From an uncultured Pseudobdellovibrionaceae bacterium (GTDB lineage: Bacteria; Bdellovibrionota; FAC87; UBA2466), in the NCBI GenBank assembly GCA_964616705.1, contig CAZTRP010000001.1:314381-378380 (forward strand): a DNA stretch of 64,000 nt, read 5' to 3'. The notes beneath the pieces are model-generated. The model did no database searches, was not told where the DNA came from, and saw only the letters and a program-made list of their open reading frames with translations. Shown in pieces: positions 1 to 9,823 of the stretch. Numbering within the stretch: the stretch's first letter is position 1; each line of letters begins with the position of its first letter. The position numbers were made by a program, and so were the translations under genes.

Positions 1-390
1 GTTCCCCTTCATGAGAATAACCATGAAGTACAAAATAGACAGGAACAGGAAAAGCACACTCCAGGAGTCGGCATCTTCTAAGTCGATTCGTTTAATCCAC
101 TTTCCTGTTTTAAAACCATGGAAAAAGAAGTGAACGAAAAATATCATGGGCCAACCCAAACCTACGAGCAGACGAAGAGAGCCCGTTAAATTGGCAATCA
201 TGAGGTCTCTTTGTTGGTTCCAGGCAATGGTGGCTTCTACGGCAAATTCTGGAAGGGTTTGAAGCCAGGCCAAAATGCTTAAGGCCAGAGCCTTGGGCAT
301 AAACGTCTGCGCCGTTTCAGCGGCCCACCCAATAACGAAGGCCGAAAGAAGGATAACTATAAGGCTCCACGATTCACTTAGATATTCCAC
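1..390 (-). CDS. CaCA-family (Na+/Ca2+ or Ca2+/H+) antiporter, N-terminal part; runs off the window edge
   Basis: Not in the ORF track; hand-translated. GTG at 390 with GGAG upstream gives MEYLSESWSLIVILLSAFVIGWAAETAQ...LQTLPEFAVEATIAW...MIANLTGSLRLLVGLGWP. The TLPEFAV and ANLTGS segments match the alpha-1 repeat of cation/Ca2+ exchangers. Confidence 0.75.
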   Translation of the reverse strand, partial: MEYLSESWSLIVILLSAFVIGWAAETAQTFMPKALALSILAWLQTLPEFAVEATIAWNQQRDLMIANLTGSLRLLVGLGWPMIFFVHFFFHGFKTGKWIKRIDLEDADSWSVLFLFLSILYFMVILMKGN

Positions 391-503
391 TCGCTGCTCC
401 GCTGGTGACGAATAAGGGCACTTAAGTGCCCCAAAAACGGCTAAGGTTAACCGCTATCCCCCCAAATGAATAGGTTTTTTGCCTGTATCCTGCCAGGCAA
501 CAG

Positions 504-519
504 CGGCACCCCTTTTGCA
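504..519 (+). promoter_or_regulatory. Candidate sigma54 (-24/-12) promoter upstream of ftsK
   Basis: CGGCACCCCTTTTGCA has exact GG-N10-GC spacing with GGCAC and TTGCA, about 65 bp upstream of the ATG at 585. Confidence 0.45.
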
Positions 520-584
520 CATTGCCCCACTCGGAACAAGTGTGTCTACCGCCCGTGGACAGACTTCTTGGAGTAGGAATAGCA

Positions 585-2642
585 ATGAAACGCGCAAAGC
601 TGGCCCTAGAGCTGCTTTTTCAAAGGCAGGTCGGTGAAGATGAGGACTCGTCCCTCGCTATGGACCGCATGTCGCGTGAGATTCAGGGCTCGCTCCTTGC
701 CTTGGTGGCCCTTTTCCTATTGGTTTCCCTTACAAGCTATATTCCCCTTGATTCTATTAATATTTCTTATGGCCGCTGGGACCAAGTGAACAACTTCGCT
801 GGTATCGTAGGCGCCCTGGTAGCTCAATGGATTTTGGGCTCAGTGGGAGCTCCCGGTTATTCTATTATTGCCCTAGTTGCAGGACTTTCCGTTGCCGCTT
901 TCCGCAATTCTCCCATCCAAAACCACGCACTAAAAATTATTGGCGTAGTTCTTGGGACTTTCCTCACTGCGTTAGCGGTCCATTTACTCTTTAACGACAA
1001 CTCCCCTGAAGCAAGCCTTTGGCAAGGCGGTTGGGTGGGGCACCACTTGGGTGGATGGCTCTTGCAATATTTTCACGGCGGCGGAGCTTTGCTGGTGGTC
1101 GCGGGTGGCTACCTTGTTACGTTCATACTCACTACGGGCTTTTCCTTCGGCCGACTTGCCCAAAACCTTTTGGAATCAAAAGAAGAGTCCGAAGAAGAAT
1201 TAGAAGATAGCTTCCCCTCCACCTCTTCAAGAAATGAATCAAGTTCTAGCGTACCTGCCGCTGCGCAAACAGTTACATTGGCATCGGTAGTGCCCATTGC
1301 TCCAAAGCGCTCTCGCAAAAAATCGACTCCGACTGCAAGCACCACTGCAACGAGCGAGGGGGAAACAACAGTTTCTTCAGACGACGAAGTCACCGAACTC
1401 GCCGAAGCCCCTGCAGCGCCTTCGATCTATACCTTTCAACCCCTTATTCCATTTTCGGGCGATTACCAATTGCCTTCCTTACGCTTGATGAAAAGCGCTG
1501 AAAACAAAGTAAAGCGCATGACCCGTGGCGAGCTCCGAGAAAAAGGCGAACTGATTTGCCAACACTTGGAATCTTTCCAAATTTCTGGGGAAATTACGGC
1601 AATCACCGAGGGCCCCGTTCTAACAACTTACGAATACAAACCAGCGGCTGGCGTAAAGCTCTCTAAAATAGCTGGCTTGCAGGATGATCTCGGCGTCGTA
1701 CTGGGAACAAACCAGCTTCGAGTCATTGCGCCAATCCCCGGAAAAACAGTGGTGGGAATTGAAGTCCCCCGAGCGCAGTCTGAAACGATCGCATTAAAAG
1801 ATATTTTAGGCGAGGATGCCTTCTTCGATAAGAAGCTCAATCTCCCCGTCGCACTTGGTAAGTCCACCGACGGTCGCCCCATGTTTGCCGACCTCGCGGC
1901 CATGCCTCACCTACTCGTCGCCGGTTCTACGGGAAGTGGTAAATCTGTTTTTATGAATAGCTTGATCATGAGTTTGCTCTATCGGCTCACGCCGCAGCAG
2001 CTACGAATGATTTTGATAGATCCTAAAATGTTAGAGTTTGCAGCGTTTTCGGGGCTGCCGCATTTGGTTACCGACGTCATTACTGACAACAAGATCGCAA
2101 TCAATGCCATGAACTGGGCCGTGACGGAAATGGAACGTCGCTACGCCCTTATGGCTAAGAGCGGATCAAAGAACATTGAGTCGTACAATTCCAAAATGCG
2201 CAGCGCACAGGACAAAATCCCTTTCCTCGTCGTGGTGGTGGACGAACTAGCGGATTTAATGATGTCCGGGGGACAAGACGTAGAAATCGCCATCACCCGG
2301 CTCGCACAAAAAGCTCGTGCGGCCGGGATACACTTAGTTTTGGCTACTCAGCGACCGTCCACCGATGTGGTTACGGGTCTCATTAAGGCCAACATCCCGT
2401 CACGAATTGCCTTTAAAGTAACCTCTGGAATCGACTCCCGAACCATCTTGGATACCTCGGGCGCCGAAGGCCTCATGGGTCGAGGAGATAGCTTAATGGT
2501 AACTCCCTCAGCTCCGCTCCGACGTCTCCACGGAACTTTCGTCACTGAAGACGAACTTGCACGTGTCGTGAAGTTTGTGAAGCAAGGACGAAACCACGCT
2601 AAGAACTACATTAGCTTTGCTGGAAGCCGCGAAGAGGAATAG
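585..2642 (+). CDS. ftsK: DNA translocase FtsK/SpoIIIE (4TM N-domain plus alpha/beta motor; no gamma domain)
   Basis: N-terminal TM helices, Walker A AGSTGSGKS, LIDPKMLE, VVVVDELADLMM, RLAQKARAAGIHLVLATQRPS, DSRTILD. ATG 585 chosen over the TTG at 522. Confidence 0.95.
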   Translation: MKRAKLALELLFQRQVGEDEDSSLAMDRMSREIQGSLLALVALFLLVSLTSYIPLDSINISYGRWDQVNNFAGIVGALVAQWILGSVGAPGYSIIALVAGLSVAAFRNSPIQNHALKIIGVVLGTFLTALAVHLLFNDNSPEASLWQGGWVGHHLGGWLLQYFHGGGALLVVAGGYLVTFILTTGFSFGRLAQNLLESKEESEEELEDSFPSTSSRNESSSSVPAAAQTVTLASVVPIAPKRSRKKSTPTASTTATSEGETTVSSDDEVTELAEAPAAPSIYTFQPLIPFSGDYQLPSLRLMKSAENKVKRMTRGELREKGELICQHLESFQISGEITAITEGPVLTTYEYKPAAGVKLSKIAGLQDDLGVVLGTNQLRVIAPIPGKTVVGIEVPRAQSETIALKDILGEDAFFDKKLNLPVALGKSTDGRPMFADLAAMPHLLVAGSTGSGKSVFMNSLIMSLLYRLTPQQLRMILIDPKMLEFAAFSGLPHLVTDVITDNKIAINAMNWAVTEMERRYALMAKSGSKNIESYNSKMRSAQDKIPFLVVVVDELADLMMSGGQDVEIAITRLAQKARAAGIHLVLATQRPSTDVVTGLIKANIPSRIAFKVTSGIDSRTILDTSGAEGLMGRGDSLMVTPSAPLRRLHGTFVTEDELARVVKFVKQGRNHAKNYISFAGSREEE

Positions 2643-2702
2643 AAGCTCTTCTTGACATACCCACTCCCGGTGTAGAGATTTTGAACGATTGGGAGGGGTA
2701 CT

Positions 2703-3419
2703 GTGCGTTTTTTGTTTGGGCTATTGTTCATTTTTTCTACTCAGCTTCACGCTACCAAATGTTGGAACGACGCCGACATTGATGAAATTCTTACTGACCG
2801 AGTCGTTACGGCTATCCGGGCCTCTCGTGAAATTCTGCCTGTCAATATCGACCCAAGTTTTGCCGCAATGGAGGGGCCTCTCGCGCGTGGTATTGTCGGC
2901 GCTGGCCTAGAAAAACACCTCGAAGAATATTCAGATGCTTGGAATTGCCCAATCTTCGTTCGCTTTCTAAAGAACACCGCGGCTCGTCTTGAAACGTTTG
3001 ATCTTGCCGAAGTTGATCAGGCCGCTGATGAAGTCCAAATCACCCCGGATGATTTAGAGGCCATAAAAAATTCCAGAATAGCGCTAAAAAGAGTGGCGCT
3101 TCTTTTCCCTAAAATTCCGGCTGGCTTCCCAATACCTCAGTCCACCCCATACGATTATCCCAAATTCTCTGCAGATTGGGCGACTTGGTCGCCGTTAGTT
3201 AGGACCTGTGTTCTTTCTAGCATGGCGAACGCAAAACTCTTCACAAGCGAAATCGAAATAATTAACCTCGCATTGCACTCAATAGAATCCCCTGAACTAG
3301 TTGGGCTAGTCTCGAGCCTTTTCGCTGAATTTGCCGAGATGACCGGAAATTCAAAAGTATCGCTTGAGCAGTACGGGAAGGGAGGCCCGCCGCCCGAGCC
3401 CCCGCCTTCCGCACCCTAG
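2703..3419 (+). CDS. Hypothetical secreted protein
   Basis: 238-aa ORF with a purine-rich RBS (GGAGG) and signal-peptide-like N-terminus; no family recognised. Confidence 0.6.
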   Translation: MRFLFGLLFIFSTQLHATKCWNDADIDEILTDRVVTAIRASREILPVNIDPSFAAMEGPLARGIVGAGLEKHLEEYSDAWNCPIFVRFLKNTAARLETFDLAEVDQAADEVQITPDDLEAIKNSRIALKRVALLFPKIPAGFPIPQSTPYDYPKFSADWATWSPLVRTCVLSSMANAKLFTSEIEIINLALHSIESPELVGLVSSLFAEFAEMTGNSKVSLEQYGKGGPPPEPPPSAP

Positions 3420-3880
3420 TACTTATAGCAAGTAAGATTTGCCGCTACAGCAGGGCTCAAGGTGTGCGCCAACACGAGATCTGTATCTTTTGCTGGACGC
3501 CCTTTTCCGCGAGACTCAACCAACACATTGGACAAATTCGGACGAGTTCCAAAAACACCAGCGGCTCGACCGTAACCATACTGCGCACAAATCCAATGGC
3601 TAATAGTAGTAGTATCCATACCTACCCGAAGGTCTGGATAGATCTCCGTTCCGTAACCAAAGTCCGCGCTAAAAACAAAACGCGGGGCAAGAATTTGCGC
3701 CCGATTTAGAGCGCCAATTTCGCTTACCTTATCGGCCACTAGTTCGCCGCGAATAGAATCTGGCGTTACAGGACGCACAGTAACAGGCCCGAGCTCGACT
3801 GCTGGAGTCGACACCACCGGCTGCGCGCCAAAGGAAGCTAAACAGAAATACATACCAACAAACACAGATAATTTTTTCAT
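3416..3880 (-). CDS. Hypothetical secreted protein
   Basis: MKKLSVFVGMYFCLASFGA signal peptide; 154 aa; no family recognised. Confidence 0.6.
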   Translation of the reverse strand: MKKLSVFVGMYFCLASFGAQPVVSTPAVELGPVTVRPVTPDSIRGELVADKVSEIGALNRAQILAPRFVFSADFGYGTEIYPDLRVGMDTTTISHWICAQYGYGRAAGVFGTRPNLSNVLVESRGKGRPAKDTDLVLAHTLSPAVAANLTCYKY

Positions 3881-4004
3881 TGTTACCCCAACCCAATTAA
3901 TTTACTGATGTCTGCGCGGTGAAAATAGCTACCACGAAGTGTGTGGTAAGGCGGGCAAGCCGTCAAACGCGGTACGTTATGAGTCTTGGGGGACGATTCA
4001 GCAC

Positions 4005-5900
4005 TTACTCGAAATACGTGTAACCCAGCATTCCTGCTTCATAGAACTCTAAAAGCTCACGCGCTTGTTGAGGAGTAAGACTTCCCACTCGCATGGCCTT
4101 GTCGGCATCGCGGCGCATACGACTTACTAAGTCTTCTGGAACGTATTGCAGATAAGACAAAACTTCTCGAACCGAGTCGCCATCGATGACTTCATCAATG
4201 CTCGGCTTTCCATTTTCATCCAGACTTACGTGCACCGCATTTGTATCGCCAAACAGGTTGTGCAAATCGCCGAGCGTTTCTTGATACGCCCCAAGCAAGA
4301 ATGCCCCCAAATAATAAGGCTCTCCATTTAGCGCGTGGGTCTCTATTGCCTCTTTTGCTCCTACTGCCGAGGGAAAACTATCGATCTTTCCATCTGAGTC
4401 GCAAGTGAGATCTGCCAATATCGCTCGGCGCGTGGGCACTTCGTTTAACCGATGAATTGGCATGATGGGAAAAAGCTGCTTGATGGCCCAACTATCGGGC
4501 AGAGACTGAAACACTGAAAAATTACAAAACAGCGTATCGGCCACTTGCTTTGAAAGATGGTGCAGGTCTTCTGGAATAAAATCGAGCTTCTGCAAAATCT
4601 CGTAAAGTTGAGAGTGAAATGCACGCGAGAGATTTTCCGCAAGTGCGCGCATTTCTAAAGTGACATGGCCCAGGCTAAAAGCACTTAAGGTTTCCTCAAG
4701 TGCGCGCGTAGCATCGTGGTAAGCCTCCACGACTGTCTGGGGTTTCAGATTGTGAATCGCGTCCATCAGATCAAACAACGGCCTAGGCGCATCCTCTGGA
4801 ATTCCTTTAGGGACTTCGTAGGAGCGCCCCTGAATGGAGCCGATTGCTTCAAAAACCAACACACTGTTATAGGCCATTAGCGCCCGGCCCGACTCCGAAA
4901 CAAGTGTGGGATGGGGCACGCCTGCCTCGTCGCAGTTTCGCATTATTCGGTATACGACGTCGTTCGCATACTCTTGTAGCGTGTAGTTCATCGACGATTC
5001 GAAATTGGACTGCGAACCGTCGTAGTCGATACCAAGCCCGCCGCCCACGTTCATGTAACCCATCGCAGCACCGATGCGATAAAGCTCGGTGTAGACATGA
5101 GAAGCCTCATCCAAGGCTCTTTTGACGTTTTGTATATTGGTAATTTGACTGCCTAAGTGAAAGTGCAGCATCACCAAACTATCAGCGAGGCCCCGCTCTT
5201 TTAGGTAAGCCACTGCTTCAAGCAGTTCGTTGGTAGTGAGTCCAAACTTGGAACCCGCGCCCGCGGAACCCTGCCACCTTCCCGAACCCCGCGCAGCAAG
5301 CTTAGTGCGAACACCGAGAACCGGACGAACACCCAACTCCTCGGCGATTTTCACCAAGGTTTTTAATTCCTGAAACTGCTCAACCACCGGAATCAATTTC
5401 CTGCCGAGCTTCTGCCCGAGCACGACCATTTTCAGAAACTCTTCGTCTTTAAAGCCATTACAAATGATCGGCGTTTCAGGACCAGCCAATGCGAGAACAG
5501 CGAGCAGCTCAGGCTTTGAACCAGCCTCTAGACCAAAGCCCAAGGGCTCCCCGAAACGGACGACTTCCTCCACCAGGTGCCTTTGATGGTTTACCTTGAT
5601 GGGATAGGCGCAAAAGTATCCGGCTTTGTAGCCATGGTCTCGAATGGCTCCATGAAAAGCTCCATGGATTTCATTCATCCGATGTCGGAGGATGTCGCTA
5701 AAACGGACTAATACCGGAGGCTCTACCCCCCTAGCGCGAAGAAGCTGAACCAGCTCGTACAAATCAATCGGTGTTTTATCGTCCTGCTGAGGACGAATTG
5801 CGACGTTTCCCTGGCTATTGATAGTGAAATAGCCACTCCCCCAGCGATCGACATTGTAGGTGGATAGGGCCGACTTGATGTCCCAGTTCTGTTTTTGCAA
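4005..5900 (-). CDS. speA: Biosynthetic arginine decarboxylase
   Basis: PLP-lysine motif AYPIKVN, GLEAGSKPEL, HFHLGSQI, VGGGLGIDYDG, SESGRA, DLTCDSDG, GAYQETLGDLHNLFG. Start set at TTG 5900 (AGGAG upstream), which avoids overlap with fabH. Confidence 0.95.
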   Translation of the reverse strand: MQKQNWDIKSALSTYNVDRWGSGYFTINSQGNVAIRPQQDDKTPIDLYELVQLLRARGVEPPVLVRFSDILRHRMNEIHGAFHGAIRDHGYKAGYFCAYPIKVNHQRHLVEEVVRFGEPLGFGLEAGSKPELLAVLALAGPETPIICNGFKDEEFLKMVVLGQKLGRKLIPVVEQFQELKTLVKIAEELGVRPVLGVRTKLAARGSGRWQGSAGAGSKFGLTTNELLEAVAYLKERGLADSLVMLHFHLGSQITNIQNVKRALDEASHVYTELYRIGAAMGYMNVGGGLGIDYDGSQSNFESSMNYTLQEYANDVVYRIMRNCDEAGVPHPTLVSESGRALMAYNSVLVFEAIGSIQGRSYEVPKGIPEDAPRPLFDLMDAIHNLKPQTVVEAYHDATRALEETLSAFSLGHVTLEMRALAENLSRAFHSQLYEILQKLDFIPEDLHHLSKQVADTLFCNFSVFQSLPDSWAIKQLFPIMPIHRLNEVPTRRAILADLTCDSDGKIDSFPSAVGAKEAIETHALNGEPYYLGAFLLGAYQETLGDLHNLFGDTNAVHVSLDENGKPSIDEVIDGDSVREVLSYLQYVPEDLVSRMRRDADKAMRVGSLTPQQARELLEFYEAGMLGYTYFE

Positions 5901-5940
5901 ATCTTCTCCTAGAGGACGACTTTCGGCTTCGGATACTACA

Positions 5941-6969
5941 TCAATAACGCAACACTGCCGAGGCCCAAGTGTACCCGCTCCCAAACGCCGCCATGGCCAC
6001 TCGCATTCCAGGCTTCAAAACTCCTGCGCCGATGGCATCGTACATTCCAAGCGGAATCGTAGCGGCGGTGGTGTTGCCGTATTTATGTATCGTATTAAAG
6101 ACCTTCTCACGCGGAATCTTAAGCTGCTCAGCCACAGCTTCATTGATTCGAAGATTTGCCTGGTGAAATAGAAACAGGTCAATTTCCTCAAACCCCAATG
6201 AATTTTTCTCTAAGCCTTCCTTAAGTACCTGGCCCATGCGCGTTACAGCCTCGACGAAGACTTTCTTTCCGTCCATTTTGGGGTAGACCAGGCCTTCATC
6301 GATCATGGCGTGAGTAATGCGCTCTTCGCCGTCCATGGCAGGTCCAGGGGCGGGAATCCAGAGGTTCTTGGCCCCACTGCCGTCAGCGTGCAAATGGGTA
6401 GAATAAATATGAGGGTCTTTCTTGTGATCAGCGACCTGGGTAGCACTCATAATCACCGCCCCCGCGCCATCGCCAAAAAGCACTGTGACGTCGCGACCTC
6501 GAGTGGTCTTGTCTAAACCTCGGGAGTGAATTTCTGAGCCTACTACAAGTACGTTTTTGTACATGCCGGTGCGAATGTATTGGTCCGCCACCGACAAAGC
6601 GTAAATAAAACCCGAACACTGCTGGCGAATATCCAAAGCTGGAATGCCTGGAACGCCCATCTTCTCCTGTAGAAACACCCCATTTCCCGGGAAAAAATGG
6701 TCTGGGTTCAAAGTAGCGTAGATAATTAGGTCTATCTCGCCTTTATCTAGGCCCGCGTTTTCCAGCGCTATTTTCGAAGCTTCCAGAGCCAGATCAGCGC
6801 TGGTTTGGGAAGGCAGGGCCCACCGACGTTCACGAATTCCAGAGCGTTGGGAAATCCACTCATCCGACGTGTCGATTAACTTTTCCAAATCGGAATTGGT
6901 CACAACGCGAGGGGGAACATACGCTCCCACCCCAACTATTCTGCTGCGCCGCTCCTGATTCAAAACCAT
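5941..6969 (-). CDS. fabH: 3-oxoacyl-ACP synthase III
   Basis: DTSDEWISQRSGIRERR; Cys-His-Asn catalytic triad in QQCSGF, HQAN and YGNT; C-terminal FGSGYTW. Confidence 0.9.
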   Translation of the reverse strand: MVLNQERRSRIVGVGAYVPPRVVTNSDLEKLIDTSDEWISQRSGIRERRWALPSQTSADLALEASKIALENAGLDKGEIDLIIYATLNPDHFFPGNGVFLQEKMGVPGIPALDIRQQCSGFIYALSVADQYIRTGMYKNVLVVGSEIHSRGLDKTTRGRDVTVLFGDGAGAVIMSATQVADHKKDPHIYSTHLHADGSGAKNLWIPAPGPAMDGEERITHAMIDEGLVYPKMDGKKVFVEAVTRMGQVLKEGLEKNSLGFEEIDLFLFHQANLRINEAVAEQLKIPREKVFNTIHKYGNTTAATIPLGMYDAIGAGVLKPGMRVAMAAFGSGYTWASAVLRY

Positions 6970-7095
6970 TGAGTCTCCCTAATCCACGTTTGTACCGGAT
7001 TTTTTAACATAACCATCCTCGAAGTTCCAATAGGTGGGTCAGACGCAACGATTCCCATTGAATTCTCAAGGCGGATTGTTCATTCTGCCGACCCA

Positions 7096-8148
7096 ATGAA
7101 ATCCAAGTCACCGCACCCATTTCTATTCCCCCTATTTCTAGCCGCGAGCTTTGCTTCATCTTCCCTCCTTCATGGGAACGAAGCCTCACAGAACACCAAA
7201 GCCCCAGAGAACTGCGCTTCTGAAATGGTCCGCTACCAAAAACTGATTCCGAACGTAATCGGAATAGTCCACCCCCTTCCCAAGTCTGGGTTGCGCGGCT
7301 TTGGCAGACGGCTAGGGCAATTCCTAGAGGAATCCATCAATGGGGTTCGTCGTTTCCCCCATGAATTTCCTAGAAAGAATGCTTCGTCCGGTGAATTCGC
7401 CGTCCCCCCTGGATTTCTCCCGTTCCTCGACCGACTGGTCCGCCAGAAGAATACCCCTCAAGAGGATCTCCCCTCGTGGTTGGCTTCCTTGGTGCCGTTG
7501 GATCATGAAGCGGTTTTCTACTTGTTAATGGGCGACGGAAATGCCCGTATCGTCCTTCGACGCGGCAGAAATGATGCCTGGGAATTTTGCCACTCAAAAT
7601 GGTCGAGGGTTCCCTTTCATGAGAGTGCTTGCAGCTTCAATGGCCGACTTACAACCCACAACGAAGTGGCGAATTCCTCCTCAGAAGTACGACCGAGCCC
7701 AGACAGCTCTGCGTTACAAATGTTGGCGCACCAAGTGCAAGTTTTTCACGCTTCGCTTGCGCCAGCATTGGCAAAGATCTACCGAGAACCAGAATATAGA
7801 AACTGGCTCTCGGTGCTAGGGCCTTCGGCTCGTGATGACTGGCAAATTAACGAGCTTTTTGCCAAAAGCGTTGGCACGTATTCCTTTTCAAGTGGCTTCA
7901 TAGAAAACTCGGCGCAGCCACTGAATCACAGCGAAGAAATGGCCATACAAGCGATCAAGAAACTCGCTGAGGACAAGAGGTTTTTTGCTTACTTTCAGAA
8001 CCAAGAAGTTCAGGACAGTCAGCAGCCCGCTCAAAAAGCAGCGCCCCCTCCATTGGTCCGCACTTTCAATTTTGTTCCGTCGCTCATAGGGGCCATGGTG
8101 CGCGCGGACTACCGATATGATCCGAAAGGCTGGATTCGACATCGGTGA
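7096..8148 (+). CDS. Hypothetical secreted protein
   Basis: 350-aa ORF with a signal-peptide-like N-terminus; no family recognised. Confidence 0.6.
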   Translation: MKSKSPHPFLFPLFLAASFASSSLLHGNEASQNTKAPENCASEMVRYQKLIPNVIGIVHPLPKSGLRGFGRRLGQFLEESINGVRRFPHEFPRKNASSGEFAVPPGFLPFLDRLVRQKNTPQEDLPSWLASLVPLDHEAVFYLLMGDGNARIVLRRGRNDAWEFCHSKWSRVPFHESACSFNGRLTTHNEVANSSSEVRPSPDSSALQMLAHQVQVFHASLAPALAKIYREPEYRNWLSVLGPSARDDWQINELFAKSVGTYSFSSGFIENSAQPLNHSEEMAIQAIKKLAEDKRFFAYFQNQEVQDSQQPAQKAAPPPLVRTFNFVPSLIGAMVRADYRYDPKGWIRHR

Positions 8149-8233
8149 TGACTTGTTATGTGCTTGTATTTTCGAGGACTTACACAAAATAAGTTGTCCA
8201 GAGATTCGTTCTGAAGTACACCCTCGCCCACCT

Positions 8234-9142
8234 ATGTTGCGCGTTTTCTTTCTGAGTTTCATTTTCTCGAGCTTGGCTTTTGGATCTGGCCGAATTGATT
8301 CGAGGCTTTGTGCCTCACTTCTTACCGACGCCAACATCCTGTTGGGTTCCTCTACGGGCGCCATCAAAACAGGGCTTGAACTAGTAACCGATCTTTATGA
8401 GTGGGCCGGGCGACCTGTATTGGACGCTAGCAGCACTAAAGCTCCCGACGTATCGAGAACCATTCACTGGACGCACGCAGCGGAAGAAGCAGACTTGCTT
8501 GAAGACTTAGGTTTGTTCCGAGTATTAAGCCTCCCACAGCGACGCGCAATCGGACGCCGCTTGCGATTGGTCGAAGCCGATTTAGCCTCTAAGTCTCCGG
8601 GACCGACGTTTACAGCGACGGGGGACGAAGCTGTTTTGGAAATGACGAATAGACTACTAACCAACGCAGCTCCGTCCCAAGAGACAAAGGATGATTTGGG
8701 ATGGGGCCCGCATTTGCCGCTTACTTTGGCTGCGGGTATCACCGGGATAATTGCCTCGACACTGGGTGCACAATTCTACCTTCTTCCATTGCTGGATGAG
8801 ACAACTACCGCGATAGGCGAAGGAGCCGAATTGTTAAAAGCTTCGTGCGTTGGCGTAACATCGGCTGGCGGTTTAAGCGCCTTGGCCGGCTACTTCTGCT
8901 CTAAGTATCTTGGGAAAAATAATTTTCATACGTTTCTCTCGGACGTGAAAACCGCTACCGAGAATCAGCAATCTGCCATTTTATATTTCGGTGGAAGCAT
9001 TCAAGATCCAAACCCAAATGGGACAGAAGATCTTCGCCTTGATGCGTTTTCGTTTGTACCAGGGGCGACCAGGGAACGTGTTTTGGTAATTCACATTACC
9101 CGCACCGGTGAACACTGGCTCCTCAGGCGGCTGGTTTTTTAA
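8234..9142 (+). CDS. Hypothetical exported/membrane protein
   Basis: Start moved to ATG 8234 (MLRVFFLSFIFSSLAFG signal peptide); two hydrophobic segments in the C-terminal half. Confidence 0.6.
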   Translation: MLRVFFLSFIFSSLAFGSGRIDSRLCASLLTDANILLGSSTGAIKTGLELVTDLYEWAGRPVLDASSTKAPDVSRTIHWTHAAEEADLLEDLGLFRVLSLPQRRAIGRRLRLVEADLASKSPGPTFTATGDEAVLEMTNRLLTNAAPSQETKDDLGWGPHLPLTLAAGITGIIASTLGAQFYLLPLLDETTTAIGEGAELLKASCVGVTSAGGLSALAGYFCSKYLGKNNFHTFLSDVKTATENQQSAILYFGGSIQDPNPNGTEDLRLDAFSFVPGATRERVLVIHITRTGEHWLLRRLVF

Positions 9143-9152
9143 AACGATTCCC

Positions 9153-9773
9153 TTATATTTTCCTCTGCAATCCAACTACCTTTCCCTGCACTTGAAAGCT
9201 CTTATCCGTTACTCGAATGGGTTTCATTTTGCTGTTTTCGGGAACAAGTAACACGCCAGTTTCTGTTTCGACGTATCGCTTTACAGTGGTTTCTCCTGCC
9301 ACTAGGGCGACGATAATGTCTCCACTTCGAACGCGCCTACCTCGTTCAACAATCAGAATATCCCCCTCTAAGATCCCTACCTCGATCATGCTATCGCCCA
9401 CCACTCGCAAGGCGAAGCTCGGGTCTTTCGCAATTTCCTCAGAAATCATAAGAGCCCCAAGTTCAAGCTGGGGGGTTTCTCTTGGGGAGCCGGCCGCGAT
9501 TTCGCCATAAATGGGAATGAGTCTGGTTCTTGTGGGACGATAATTTGCCGGGAACAAGCCTCGGGCCTTGCGCTTTAGGTTCTTATTTTTGGAGTCTTCT
9601 AAGTGTCCCTTGCGGACCAATGCTTTGACGTACCCTTGCACTGACCCCACGGCCTTGAAACCAAAATGCTCCTGGATTTCTCGGTAAGAGGGGGGCGCCC
9701 CGCGGCTAACGCAGGTCTCTTTGATATACGAAAGAACCCGCGCTTGAGCCTGTGTTAACGCTTCTTTCTTCAT
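9153..9773 (-). CDS. lexA: SOS repressor LexA
   Basis: N-terminal wHTH (LTQAQARVL...PPSYREIQEHFGF), Ala-Gly cleavage site (EIAAGSP), catalytic Ser (GDSM) and Lys (TVKR). Confidence 0.95.
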   Translation of the reverse strand: MKKEALTQAQARVLSYIKETCVSRGAPPSYREIQEHFGFKAVGSVQGYVKALVRKGHLEDSKNKNLKRKARGLFPANYRPTRTRLIPIYGEIAAGSPRETPQLELGALMISEEIAKDPSFALRVVGDSMIEVGILEGDILIVERGRRVRSGDIIVALVAGETTVKRYVETETGVLLVPENSKMKPIRVTDKSFQVQGKVVGLQRKI

Positions 9774-9797
9774 TGTTCGCTTCCCACTTGCACCCAC

Positions 9798-9817
9798 ATA
9801 CATACAGATGTATGTAT
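9798..9817. promoter_or_regulatory. Perfect 9-2-9 palindrome, candidate LexA operator
   Basis: ATACATACA-GA-TGTATGTAT lies in the 50-bp gap between the divergent lexA and imuA start codons. Confidence 0.6.
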
Positions 9818-9823
9818 ATATGA

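Noticed and set aside
5901-5984. N-terminal extension of SpeA given in the ORF track
   Set aside because: It overlaps the fabH 3' end; an AGGAG RBS supports the TTG at 5900 instead.
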